Assembly: GCA_900128585.1 (NCBI GenBank) | Contig: LT642163.1 | Coordinates: forward strand, 1 to 50,814 | Length of the DNA stretch: 50,814 bases | Direction: 5' to 3' | DNA from: Stramenopiles sp. TOSAG23-3 | Taxonomy: Eukaryota | Shown: piece after piece, positions 32,068 to 44,028 of the stretch | How the letters are laid out: every line of letters starts with the position of its first letter | Numbering within the stretch: the first letter of the stretch is position 1 | Notes under the pieces: model-generated | Told to the model about the DNA's origin: nothing | The model's database searches: none | Seen by the model: the letters and a program-made list of their open reading frames with translations, nothing else | Made by a program: the position numbers and the translations under genes

Positions 32068-32793
32068 TTTCAAATTATTCTTTCCTGTGATATTATCGCA
32101 AATTCTTTACTTCAAACAATCCAACTTAAACACTCTTAAACTTAATTCCATATCCCATATATGTTCCCGTAGAATCTTTTATCACACATATTAAAAAAAA
32201 AAGAAAAATCCATTGATTGTTTCTACTTTCTTTTTAGTTTGTTGTTGTTGTTGCTGATAAAAGATACCTAAATAATAATAAAATATATAATATTTCCATA
32301 ATAATAATAATAATAAAAAAATTATTTCCTCCTCCTCCTTCCTATTTTATTATTAGACTATATTATTTATTATTTTTTATTATTTACTATTAGACGTGTG
32401 ATCGGTCGTTCTTCTCTTCTTCTTGATGAGTACGGAAAGAGGGTGTATCAAATACAGTACCAGGTACCGGTATACATATAAATAACACACAGAAAGTCTT
32501 AAAATTATTAAAAGATGGTTTTTGGCGCGCCAGGCGCCAGGCGCCAGGGGACAGGGGCCAGGGGTCGTATTTAATATTTTAATACACACTGACACAACAT
32601 CTGAACACTAGCCTCTTCTTCCTGTTGAATTCATCAATTTTTGATCCTATCATAAGTATAACTTAAAATAACTACACTAATTCGTAGCTAGATTATTATT
32701 CCGCTCCCTATATAATTTTTGCTTTTGTTAGTTCCCTCCTTTGTGTGAGTATTTGTTCGGTACCAGGTATTTGTTGTGTGACCTTATTATATT

Positions 32794-32804
32794 TTACTTC
32801 TTTC

Positions 32805-32835
<31 letters not shown>

Positions 32836-32840
32836 GTTTC

Positions 32841-32876
<36 letters not shown>

Positions 32877-32937
32877 TTTCTTTGTTTCTTTCTTTCTTCT
32901 TTCTTTCGACTCTTTCTTTCTTTCTTTCTTTCTTCCT
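32794..32937. repeat. (TTTC)n microsatellite with periodic TTTG variants
   Basis: About 140 bp of TTTC units. Confidence 0.92.
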
Positions 32938-33241
32938 TCGAAGGAGAGCCACAACACAAGAACACAGCAGCATGCAAACAAAAAAATCATTTAATTATTA
33001 TAGGTTATACAGTATGTAATAATAATAAATAATAATTATTTTTTTTCAATTTAAAAAAAAAAATTATAACTTTTTTTAATATTCAATATTTCACATAGGT
33101 ACCAGTTTTTCATTCATTTAATCGGAGAAGAGAAACAATCAAATAATCGTCCATTAAGCATTAAGTTGAAACAGCCATTGGTTAATTGTTGGTTTTTATT
33201 GATATAGCATCGTTGTAAAAGAAAGTATTGAACGAAGAAAA

Positions 33242-33976
33242 ATGAGTTCCGTGATGACTGAAAATGTTGCCATGGGGGAGAACGTTGAAGAGGGAGAAGT
33301 GGAACATTCTCCTGAACTAATTACTCCGCCGCAAAAACCGAAACGGCCGCAATCGGCCTACTTCCTATTTATGATGGAGAAACGGGTTGAACTGAAAGAT
33401 GCCCATGCAGACTGGGGGATCGGTGAAATTGGAAAAGAGTGTGGGCGGTTATGGAATGAACTCCCGGAGGAACAGAAGAAGAAGTACCACGATATGACCG
33501 TCCCGTTGAAAGAAAAGTTCGATAAAGAGATGGTAGTATACAATGAAAAGATGCAAGAATTTGAGGCCAGCCGGTTTGGGGAAGATGGCACCCTCCTCCC
33601 AGCAAAAATATCAAACTGTTTGCCATTGGCTAGAATCAAAAAGATTATGAGACTCGACCCAGATATGAAGAGCGTTTCAAAGGAAGCCTCACTATTGGTC
33701 AGTTGGGCGACAGAGTTATTTGTATCTCAACTTGCAGATGAGGCAGGGAAAGTAGCGAATGGGCGCAGAAGGCGGGGAATAAAATACGAGGAAGTTTCTG
33801 CTACAATTCGAAAAAGTGAGCTGATGGCATTTTTAGCACAAGATTTCCCACCAACCAATCCCAGTCGAAGCATTGTTTCTTCATCTAGTTCGAAATCCAA
33901 GAATGTGCCGGCGGTCACAGCCGGCGCCATCGATACTTTTTTCACCGCCTCAAAGCCGGACATTGCGTCATCATAA
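33242..33976 (+). CDS. HMG-box fused to H2A-like histone fold (NF-YC/DPB3/CHRAC type)
   Basis: KPKRPQSAYFLF...GKECGRLWNEL HMG box; LPLARIKKIMRLDPD...ATELFV...RRGIKYEEV histone fold. Confidence 0.9.
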   Translation: MSSVMTENVAMGENVEEGEVEHSPELITPPQKPKRPQSAYFLFMMEKRVELKDAHADWGIGEIGKECGRLWNELPEEQKKKYHDMTVPLKEKFDKEMVVYNEKMQEFEASRFGEDGTLLPAKISNCLPLARIKKIMRLDPDMKSVSKEASLLVSWATELFVSQLADEAGKVANGRRRRGIKYEEVSATIRKSELMAFLAQDFPPTNPSRSIVSSSSSKSKNVPAVTAGAIDTFFTASKPDIASS

Positions 33977-34303
33977 AAAAAAAGGCCAAAATTGGCACCA
34001 CGGCCATGCGCTGGCAAAGGATGGGAGTAAAACGCACGCGTTCGTGTTTTAAAAAAAGTTATGTATTGAAAGAAAAAAAACCCAAAGAATGAAAAACTAA
34101 ATACACAGTGTAATTAAAAACCGAATTCCTGGATCGTATCAAAGAGTAAACTTACGGCGTCAAATTTGACTGGTTCTTTGTACGAATTACAATTTACCGC
34201 CCACAACACCCACACAATAAATATATCTCGGATATATTACCGGCACACGAGATTCCGTCTTCTGATCTTCCCGAATCTTGCCTTCTTCTTTAAGGCAATG
34301 CTC

Positions 34304-35431
34304 TCAACAACATCCGAACACCTTTGCCTCCTCTGCGTCGTCCTTGACACCGCCGAGGGAATCTTTTGAAGCAAGTTCCACAGAGCTGTTGCCTCGTCGT
34401 TGTGACGAGCTAAAAAAATCTGGAGACTTCGATCTTTTTACGTACAGGCTTAGAACGTCTTGTAAAGCCTTTTCTACAGATATTTTATTTTTCGCTGAGC
34501 ATGTACAATGCACCATACCGTACTGCGCTGCATACTCTATTCCATCATCCAGCGACACCGTCGACGGCAAGTCGGCTTTGTTCCCTATAACGACCCCGGC
34601 ATATTGTTTGCCTATTGCATTCTCTACACGATTTACCCAAGTATCCAACCCTTTGAAACTGCTCTCTTCGTTTCCATCGTACACAAATATGCAGCACGAC
34701 CCCTGTGCACTTCGAAAGTAAGATTCCATGACCGAACTATACCGCTCTTGACCCGCAGTATCCCACAATTCTAGTTCTATTTCGATATCATGTGCCATTT
34801 GGAATTTCAGAACGTAGTAATCTATGCCTATTGTTGCTACCGTGTCAGCCAGGGTTTCCTCAAACGTGTGCCCATGCAAAACTTTCAATAGCGTTGTCTT
34901 TCCCACCCCGGCCGAACCTATGAAGATAACTTTTACTTTCTCCTTAATTTGTTGAAGGCCTTCTTCCGTTCTTCTTTTCGTTGCATGATGGCTTGCAACC
35001 CCAGTTGAGCCGTCTTGCGGATCAGGTTTGGAAGCAACCGAAATATTGCCAACTTCATCTAGACTCTCCATCATGCGCTCTAAAGTGAATGTCCCTTCCG
35101 TGCCGGAGTCCGTATCGTCGTCGTCTGTCGAAACATCCATCATCGACGGGGCATCCTCCAACTCAGCAGCTTTTCCAAAAGCTCCATCATCATTTCTTAC
35201 TTCAGCACTTTCAACAGTTTCAGAAACGTCAGGGTCGGCCTCAGTTGGTATCTTGTCACTAGTTTCCGCTTCTGCGTCTTTACTTTCACCGTTTTCTGAT
35301 AAATTGGAAATCTCCCCTCCTGACATCCCACCCCCCCCCACGCCTCTTTCAGCGCCACCCAACAAATGCGGGCCGCTTGTTTCCTCGGGCGCACCATGGT
35401 CTCCATTTTCGTTTGCTTCCTGTTCAGACAT
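34304..35431 (-). CDS. Rab-family GTPase with long acidic N-terminal extension
   Basis: GSAGVGKT, TIGIDY, WDTAGQERY, GNKADL, CSAK, C-terminal CC prenylation motif; ATG 35431. Confidence 0.9.
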   Translation of the reverse strand: MSEQEANENGDHGAPEETSGPHLLGGAERGVGGGGMSGGEISNLSENGESKDAEAETSDKIPTEADPDVSETVESAEVRNDDGAFGKAAELEDAPSMMDVSTDDDDTDSGTEGTFTLERMMESLDEVGNISVASKPDPQDGSTGVASHHATKRRTEEGLQQIKEKVKVIFIGSAGVGKTTLLKVLHGHTFEETLADTVATIGIDYYVLKFQMAHDIEIELELWDTAGQERYSSVMESYFRSAQGSCCIFVYDGNEESSFKGLDTWVNRVENAIGKQYAGVVIGNKADLPSTVSLDDGIEYAAQYGMVHCTCSAKNKISVEKALQDVLSLYVKRSKSPDFFSSSQRRGNSSVELASKDSLGGVKDDAEEAKVFGCC

Positions 35432-36245
35432 ACTGAACTCGGACAACCTACTCAGATAAATGAACACTGGAAAATCGTTTGCGGTTGCTCTTGGGTTCAC
35501 TACACACCATTATTATCGTCTATACGCAAAACTTATACCCATTCAATAATGTGTAATTAACATAAATGTATAATGATCAACATTAAACTTAGTGAATGTA
35601 AATATATACCGGTATACTTTTTTATATAATATCGTTTTTTTAAAATTATATTCACCTCCTATTACCGTATTTTATTACTTATTTATTATATAGACTATAA
35701 ATAATTTAATGGGGTGGAGAAGAAGTGATTTAATCTAAACCCCTATACAGACAAAGGCCTATTCAAAACAAAGGGTCTCCCTCCCTATTATTCCAATTAT
35801 CGGTATTTACAATTAATGTTAAAGTTGTTTTTGTACCCACCCCTCTCTCTCGTGTGTACTCCTTCATATACCGCTATGTGATTGACGACGAGTGTAGACT
35901 CTAATAATATGAGTTCTCCTCGTCTTCTTCTTTTGTGGCTTAAATAACGAATCTATCGATGAAATAAAAAAATCATTGATCCAACAACCAACAGCAGAGG
36001 AGGAGGAGATAAAACTACAATATAATATTATAAAAGAGAACAGCTGGTTGTTGTGATGAATGACTTGTATATATATATTATAAGGTTGCAAATGAAATAT
36101 TATTGGAAACCAGTAAAACAACACATCATATTATTCATTTTTCATTGTTGGGTGAATTGTCCGTTACGAAACGTTTACTTAAACATTAAGAACGTTTAGA
36201 TTCCTCAGTTTTATCAGAGTAATCACACGCTTAGAAAATAGATAG

Positions 36246-37852
36246 ATGGAAGCACAAAAGATCCGAGAGTCCTCTGGGAAGATTTTGGTGAAGGAACGCG
36301 ACCTTCTTTCACCAAAAGGGAATTTTCATTATGCGTGGCAACTGATGGAAAGCGGGGAAGGCAATGGACTGGGTGGTAAAGAGCCAAGGGGTAGTAATGC
36401 CAGGCCAGCGTTTACCCCTGGAACGAAATTAAGAAACGCAGAATCATTGAGGAAATTCAGAAGCATTTTCAAATCCCAAACGATAAAGGAAAAGGAGATC
36501 CAGGAAAAGTACGCCACCAAAAACATGCACATTTCGCCTTCTTCTGAAAAAAAGAACAAATCGGTACGCGACGAAACAAAGGTCAAACACAGGAAAGCAT
36601 CGTTTCGAATCAATAAAATAAAAAACAAAACCCAGCAAGATAAGACGAACTTTTCTAATTCCACGGCATTACGAGAGCTTGTTCGAGACGCAGGGCCCCG
36701 ATCATCGAAAGCCACGAAAGAAAGGAAAACAAAGCAGAGGAAGGCATATACGACTGGCAACCCTGCTGGACATTCATCGGCAGATGTGCGCGGCAAGGAC
36801 CGGGGCATACTGAAACCGAAATTAAAACCTCACCCCCAGGATGTAAGCCGCCATCAACAAGTGGTTCCGATAGAACATTTTTCTGCCAGTTCTGTTGCAG
36901 GAAATGACCAAGCTATTTGGCCGTGGCCGTTGCCATTCCAACAAGAAAAGTCGGCGAAGAAACCCAGAAAACGGCAGATAAATTTCATGGAAAGTAAAAG
37001 TGAGCCGACCCTAAACATTCATGATGTCAAAAATAGACCAAACACCCGAGAAGTAGAAGAGCGCGCATTTATAGGAAACGCGGCAAACCTTCGCACACCT
37101 CAAAAACAAGCGCCTTTTCTCCCAGCATTGTTGGCAAAGACTCCACCCCAAACCCCCCACGTGTGCTCATACCTGTGCAGAAACGGTGCGCACCATCGTG
37201 GGACCCCGCATACAGATCAACACGATGATTTTGAACCACGGGAAGAGGTAGGCAATGGGCACGGAAACAGTGAAAGTCCAGAACAGCCAAGGCGAGAGCG
37301 CACAAAACTGTAAGGAAAGCTGGACCGGTTATATCGTCGGTGCAGGGCATTCCTCGCAAACCTGCCAATGATGTAGAGAAAGTGCAAAGCAGGCATCCCC
37401 CGAAGAAGGTAATGTCAAAAACTGAGGCAAACTTCAAACGCGAGCAAGCGCGACGGGCAAGAACTGAGTTACAGAACCAGCTTTCAATTTTACGGCAGCA
37501 AAACAACAAGCTGGGCTCAGCATGCAAAAAAGTCGAGATGAAAAACACAGAGGTTGTGGAGTCGTTGGATAAGGTGCTAAACACATATAAGCAAGACCCG
37601 ACTAAGCTTTTGGCAAGGCTCGACGCAGCCATGGTCAGCGCACGCCAAAAACTAGAGGATGTCAGGAATATAAACGATGGCGAACGAGATCGATTGATTC
37701 GAATGCACGCAGTCGCTGTAAGCAACAAACAGCGCATATTGAAATCATTAGAAAAGGCCATGGCAGAAATTAGATACCAAAATTTTCAACAAGCGTCACT
37801 TAGAGCTGCAGTGAAAAACATGAGCAACTTTGATGAATTCAACAGCATGTGA
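36246..37852 (+). CDS. Basic disordered protein with C-terminal coiled coil; split into ORFs 36246-37313 and ~37274-37852 (frame break or intron)
   Basis: Two overlapping same-strand ORFs with continuous coding-like composition; the second has no ATG near its start. Confidence 0.6.
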
Positions 37853-38722
37853 AAGCGAGTGAGTCACAGACATAAAATAATAAAAATAACAAAAAAACGA
37901 TATTATTATATAATTTTTTACACCTGTAGCTATACTTCGAGTAATACTCTATAATATATGTATAATAATGTACATTACTATGAGAGGAATGAAACAACTA
38001 AAAACAGAACAAAAGAAAAAAGGAAACAATGCTGTGATTATATTATTATTACAGTATTAATATTGTAATTCTATATAGATAGAAAAATTCTTAACAATGC
38101 CATCATCTCTCCCTCCTCCTTTTACCGACCTGACCGTTGTGTCTTTCTTCTCGCTGTGTACTTGTATCAATACGTATTCCTATTAGCTTATTTAAGTACA
38201 ACATAATCGTAATGTTAGAAACACATCTCGTCCGTTATTTTATTTATCTCTCATACTATACCGGTAGTAACGTTTGAACAGATACAACACAACTAGTGAT
38301 GAATCAGGATTGATTACAATAATAACATAGCAATACAATAGAGTGTGGTGAAAGAAAGAATGAATATATTATTTTCAGATTATTATTATTATTATTATTA
38401 TTTATTTGTTCTTTGTACTAAGTAGTAGTAAAAAAGAAGAACCAAGGGAACAAGAGAAGAAACGACACGCTTTTGATCATATTATATACCCACTTTAGAT
38501 TTGAATGACAATGGTTTCGTTGTCCTTTTTAAACGTACAGTTAAAAGTCTACAGGGAGACTCCGACCACGAGAGCCGCTTTGACAATATCTTATATACCG
38601 GATTTCCGCGAGTTTGTAAAAATTGTCCCCGACAATCTTTTTGACTGAAGAAACAACCGACCGTGCTGTATTCTAAGAAAGGCTTGGCGTAAGTGGTAAT
38701 ATTGTCAAGCTGAACAGTAACA

Positions 38723-39250
38723 ATGGCGGACGAAGGGGAGAAAAAAGAGCTCTCCGAGGAAGAGGAACGTATGCGCCTGCTTCAGATGATCAAGGATTCG
38801 TCGAATGGCCCAGAGCAAGCGAAGAGAAGGATCGAGGAGCTAGACAAAATGGTGCAGGGTTTGAAGAAGCGAAGGCGCCTTTGCGGAGAACAAATGGAGG
38901 CCGACAAAAAACGTCTGTTTTGGCTTCGTAAAGACATCGAGGGCGTGGAAAAAATGAAAGGGAAACTGCAAGCGACAGCAGATGATAGGATCGCGCGTTC
39001 CAAACATTGTGCGGATGCATTGGATAAAATACAGTCGGCTATGATCAATATTATTGGGTCAACGGACAAAACCAGGAGTAATGTAACACACTCTGTGCAA
39101 AAAATATTTTCAAAAAGCACGTCGCAGAACCTCCGGGCGGCTCGCGGGTTTGGAATGGATCCCGACAGCACATTTTATCAGCATGGCCGACCTGCTGCAT
39201 CAGGTAGGAGAAAGAAGATGAGCGGCAGCACCAAGAGTAAGAGAAAGTGA
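38723..39250 (+). CDS. Hypothetical coiled-coil protein
   Basis: ATG-initiated 175-aa ORF, heptad pattern, GC-rich block between AT spacers. Confidence 0.75.
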   Translation: MADEGEKKELSEEEERMRLLQMIKDSSNGPEQAKRRIEELDKMVQGLKKRRRLCGEQMEADKKRLFWLRKDIEGVEKMKGKLQATADDRIARSKHCADALDKIQSAMINIIGSTDKTRSNVTHSVQKIFSKSTSQNLRAARGFGMDPDSTFYQHGRPAASGRRKKMSGSTKSKRK

Positions 39251-39529
39251 GTGAGTGAATGAATGCAACAAAAATGTCAATAGTAAATAGGAGATCTCCC
39301 TTCGCTTTTACTCCCCGGCCGGATGAAACCTTCAAAGCAAATCTTTGAAAATTGATTTTTGCTCTGTTTTGATTTTTTTTGGGGGGAAACGGGCGAGGTT
39401 GTTGTGTTGGGGAAAATACTGAAAAACAAAATATAAGAGTCTTAAATCATTCGGTGTATCTAAAGTTATACGAGTAGTCAATACTTACGGTACCATCTCG
39501 TAGAATACCCACCCAACACCCGCTAAAAT

Positions 39530-40012
39530 TTAATCCTCGTCCTCACTACTTTCTTCCCCCTCCTCCCCAAGCATTTTTTCTAAGCGTTGAATTCTACGAT
39601 CGATCTGCATTAACTGGTTTTCCATTCCTTGCGCCTCACTACTCTGCGATAGCACCTGGCTTTGCAACTGTTTGTTTTGTACCCTCATGAAGGCATCTTT
39701 GTATTCAATATCATCCGTAATGGCTTTAATGATATCTTGCAAATTATGGTTGGTTTGAGATTTAAAATCGTCCAGCTCGGTTTGCATGGCACGCTGCTCT
39801 TTTTGTACCGTCCTTGCCAACTTTTTGTTTGATTTTATAGTTTTCTTAACCCCATCCAACGCATCAAAAACATCTTGGACTCGTTTGGAAACGGACGGAT
39901 TGTTTGCGTTGGAACGAGCAGTATTTCTCGCGGTCGCTGGTGTTCTTGAGCGGATCGGGGAGGAGCGCTTCGGTCGCCCAGGGGACGCTTCTGGCGAGTT
40001 CTGAGCCGACAT
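39530..40012 (-). CDS. Hypothetical coiled-coil protein
   Basis: 160-aa ORF, SP-rich N-terminus, coiled coil, acidic tail. Confidence 0.75.
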   Translation of the reverse strand: MSAQNSPEASPGRPKRSSPIRSRTPATARNTARSNANNPSVSKRVQDVFDALDGVKKTIKSNKKLARTVQKEQRAMQTELDDFKSQTNHNLQDIIKAITDDIEYKDAFMRVQNKQLQSQVLSQSSEAQGMENQLMQIDRRIQRLEKMLGEEGEESSEDED

Positions 40013-40613
40013 ACGTAGTGTGCAATATACAAGCTTTTACCAATCAGTGTTCACGCCGGTCATCCCGTACGTAGTGTATTCGCCGATCAAACCTATCCTT
40101 TCCCCATGTGCAGTAGAACAATTTTCTGTTCCCAATGCTTCTTCCTTCTCTCCTTCCTCAAAAGCATGCAATTTAATTGCTTATTTATATTTTATAGAAA
40201 AAACATGATGTAGTAGTAGTATATTTTTATTTTATATTACTACAGAAGAAGCACTTGGTATAAAAAAATATAAATAATAATATGAGAGAAGGAAGATAAT
40301 AATAGAGAGGAGCATCTCCATCTCCACCACCTTATTCAGTGTTTCCCAAATTCCCTACAGTCTAAATTGTACCGGTATTAATATACACACAACAACGGCT
40401 ACTATTCAACTATTCTCTCTTCTTGTATTGTTCACATTATTATTCCACCATTTTGCTGCTGTACTACGTAGTAGTACGAGTATTAAAATATTTTTTTTTT
40501 TATTGTTGCTTCTTCTTCTTGCCCCACCATATTATTTTTTATTAATAATCTCGATCCACTCATGATATTCACAGCATCTAGCTGCTAGCCGGAGAAGGAA
40601 TGAGTTTTTTAGT

Positions 40614-41288
40614 TTAGTTACCTGGAAGGCTCGGGACTACAATTTCTGTTGCATGGCTTCCAGTGATCGGATTAAACCCGGAATTAGAACGATCGTGCAA
40701 CTGTTTCGCACGTTGGGCGGCGCGCCATCTGACGAGATCATCTGATTTTTGCAGCTCATCCCCAGCCGCGTTATCGTTGTAACGCAAGGTAACTGGGTTG
40801 TAAGGGACACTGTTTACATTTGTTCGATTCCGCGCCCCTTCGTCCCTGATTCTGTCCCATTTCTCTCTCTCCGAGGCTTGGGCAGTTTCGATTTGCTGCC
40901 ACCTTGCTTCCTCGCGCTCGATCAAAGCCGCGCGCTTGGCATCCAGCATGGCTTTACGTTCGTGTATTGAACCTTGGCGCTGCAAAAATTCTGCCCCGCT
41001 GTAGTCTGTCTGAAAGCGGTCCGAGTCCGAGCAAAACCCTAACGATCCTTTCTGCGGCTCTGTAATTTTTCCCAAATTGGTGTACTTAAAATGACATTCT
41101 CTCCTATTCTGCAGCCTGGATTTTTCCAGCGTTTCTTTACTAGTGGTGTCCCTTCGAGTTTTCCTGTCCCTAGGTTGAACGTTGTGAAAGGCCACGTTCC
41201 CGTCGGAGTAGTTGGAACCGGCAGATTCCAAGTCTCGGCGCGAGTGCTGGGAGTACTGCGACTGCGTCGACGGTGGTCGAGACGACAT
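40614..41288 (-). CDS. Hypothetical protein with YNPVT/FNPITG motifs (possibly flagellar)
   Basis: 224-aa ORF; helical region then VPYNPVTLRY...RAAQRA..L...GFNPITG. Confidence 0.78.
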   Translation of the reverse strand: MSSRPPSTQSQYSQHSRRDLESAGSNYSDGNVAFHNVQPRDRKTRRDTTSKETLEKSRLQNRRECHFKYTNLGKITEPQKGSLGFCSDSDRFQTDYSGAEFLQRQGSIHERKAMLDAKRAALIEREEARWQQIETAQASEREKWDRIRDEGARNRTNVNSVPYNPVTLRYNDNAAGDELQKSDDLVRWRAAQRAKQLHDRSNSGFNPITGSHATEIVVPSLPGN

Positions 41289-42578
41289 CTGTTATCCAAT
41301 TTATATGAAACCAACGTGCAGTTATTGAAATCAGTAACTTCAGTTTTGCAATTATATTGCTTTAAGGGATAATTTCAAATACATCATCCTCCCCGTGGCG
41401 GTTTTCCATTGCTACAAACATACAATAAATCAAATTGCATTGAAATGCATTTACTAGTTGAAACAAAAAAATACGATGATGAAGAAGAAAAAAAGTATTT
41501 TTAAAATATAAAAATAGAGTATGTCATTTTTTTTTTTATCTCCTCCTCCGCGTCGTGGTGGATGATGGTATGCTCTTGTTTTAACAGTTGTGTTGATGTG
41601 TAATGATGGTGTTGTCATTTAATAGTCGTCTAATCACATTATACGTATAATATAAAATAATTTAATATAAAAAATATTAGTCTAGCAAACTATTTGTACT
41701 ATGTATTTAGATTGAGTGCGTTTCATGAACCACTGTTGTTTGTTGTTTAAATGAATGCTGTCATGTTATTCTTTGAATTCTAAATTAAAAAAATTAACAA
41801 ATAGAAAAAGTTCCCTTCATTCATTCATTTCCAAATATTTTCAAATAGTCGATCATCATAGTAACTACCAGAGTACAATAAAAAGAAATGACTAAAAATA
41901 GATGTGTAAATATATATTATATCGATACTTAAATTGTAGATTGTAGATTGTAGACCAACTATTAAATAGGATAGGATATGTGGAGTCCTCGTAATAGATG
42001 CATATAATAATATGATTAGCATTATAATACCAGGCATTCAAATTCAAAATACTATTTTATGTATTTGTGTTTGGTTGATATTACCTATTTGGCACATGTC
42101 GTTTTAACGGTCACTTGATATACATATTTATTACTACATACTACAATCATAAGTGGAATAAGCAGGGATATATAAAATATAAACGTATTTATTACTATAC
42201 AAATAATACAGGCCAGGCCAGGGCAGGCCGTATTTTCAGTTACTTAATAAATAATATGTCTATTGATACGAATATATGAATAAAATTTCCTATATAATCC
42301 ATGTATACTTTTATTGTGTAAAAGTATAATATAACTAGTAGTGTAAAGGATCAACACACCCCAACATATCTCATCAATACCATAACACCCTGTCCTCCCT
42401 CTCTGAAGAAGAATAGATTGAATACATATGTATGAACCGTAAACGATTCTTTATTCGGATAAAAGAAACTAAAGTGTTGCCGTCACTATTTGAGGTTTAT
42501 GGAACCGTGAATAGTGATAGGGAGAACGGCCTGTAAAGATATCGACGATTGAAAGATTCAAGTATATTTGGGGTGTAT

Positions 42579-43925
42579 ATGGCGTCGCGCATCCCCATTA
42601 TGCTCGATGCCCGGCGCGTGGCCAGGCAACGTAGGAGGCCCATGACTACTCAACACATGCAACATATTCCTAGGCGACCGAATGGCGCCTTGTTTTGGGA
42701 TCAGCCGAAAAATAAAAGGGCAGGCAAGCGAAGGGCGAAAACCGCCGCATTGCACAAGCGTAGCAACAACGCTAAAATAAACGGTGGGCTAGAGGACAAC
42801 GGCGGCAGCTCAATAGGAAACATACTAGAAGAAGAAAAGAAAAAACGTGTAAGCGAGACGCGGTCGAGACCGGCAACGTCTTCGTTTATTCCTTGCCACG
42901 ATCGTCCGCACACGTCCATAGAATTAAATGAAGCCGTAACCAGTGCTCTTCTATCAAAAATTAGTTACTCGTTAGTGGAGCCCCAATCTCGCGCGAGGAA
43001 CAACGAGGAGATAGGGTTGCAGGAATGGAAGAAGAATTATCTCAGCCAGCAGCAGAATGCTCCTGCCGTGGGCATAAATGCTCAACGCTCTCCCGGCCGG
43101 GGTGTGACCTTCCGCTCGAACGTAATGCAATCGTTTGCTCGCCTTGTTGAGGTTTTGCAAATTACATCCTGCACCGAATACGAACCTTCAGAATTAAGAA
43201 CGGCGGTGTCCATAGAAGCGATTTCCAACATGGTAAAGCTCCAAGGCGAATCCAGACCAATATTGGCTCAAGCAATGAAAGAAATAATCAAGGGTATGTA
43301 TCACCTCGGCGAAGTAGACAGCAAAGATTTAGACTTGCTCGGGTGCGAGCTAAAATCAAACATGGCGTATTTTTCAATGTATCAACGTTGCAAACAGGCA
43401 AACGAAGAGTTACTCCGAAGAAACGCTGAACTGTGTTGCCAGATCGGCGCAACCGCGAATGCATCAGCGACCCGATCAGGCTCTGTTGAAGCCATTGTCC
43501 ATCGATGGAGACAGAAAGTTCAATTCTTTGTATTTTCGCGCTGGGTGTACATAACCCAGGTAACAGCCGCTAAACGCGACTCGCTTGCGCAGCAATACAT
43601 AAAAATGACAATGTACAAGAAATACAAAGCCACGTTTTACGCCTGGAAGCATTCTATCATGGAACGCAAAGCGGCCAAATTTACAGAGTTGAAGAAGTTT
43701 TTAGATGAAGCGGATGAAACAAACGACCGCCTTAGTGACAAAGTACTTGAAATGGAAAAAGAGATCTCAAGGCTGCAATTGATTGTGAAGAAATTCGATG
43801 AAGAAAGGGACAGAAAAATTGAAGGGGAAGTTCACACTACCATTGACAACATGGTCGCAATCTTAATTTTGGACGCGGAAGCTACACCACCTACGAAGCG
43901 GACCTCTTTCCTGGCTTCATGTTGA
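42579..43925 (+). CDS. Hypothetical protein with RPxT(S/T) repeats, Trp-spaced helices and coiled coil
   Basis: Long ORF, first ATG 42579; RPMTT, RPATS, RPHTS; F.RW/F.AWK helices reminiscent of Sfi1-like repeats. Confidence 0.75.
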   Translation: MASRIPIMLDARRVARQRRRPMTTQHMQHIPRRPNGALFWDQPKNKRAGKRRAKTAALHKRSNNAKINGGLEDNGGSSIGNILEEEKKKRVSETRSRPATSSFIPCHDRPHTSIELNEAVTSALLSKISYSLVEPQSRARNNEEIGLQEWKKNYLSQQQNAPAVGINAQRSPGRGVTFRSNVMQSFARLVEVLQITSCTEYEPSELRTAVSIEAISNMVKLQGESRPILAQAMKEIIKGMYHLGEVDSKDLDLLGCELKSNMAYFSMYQRCKQANEELLRRNAELCCQIGATANASATRSGSVEAIVHRWRQKVQFFVFSRWVYITQVTAAKRDSLAQQYIKMTMYKKYKATFYAWKHSIMERKAAKFTELKKFLDEADETNDRLSDKVLEMEKEISRLQLIVKKFDEERDRKIEGEVHTTIDNMVAILILDAEATPPTKRTSFLASC

Positions 43926-44028
43926 GGGGAGACATGTGCTGATGACTTCTTGATTCAGATAACACCACGGGGGGATAAAAATAAATTTGAATATGGCGGT
44001 GTAAATTTTTTGTACAAAATCAATTTTT

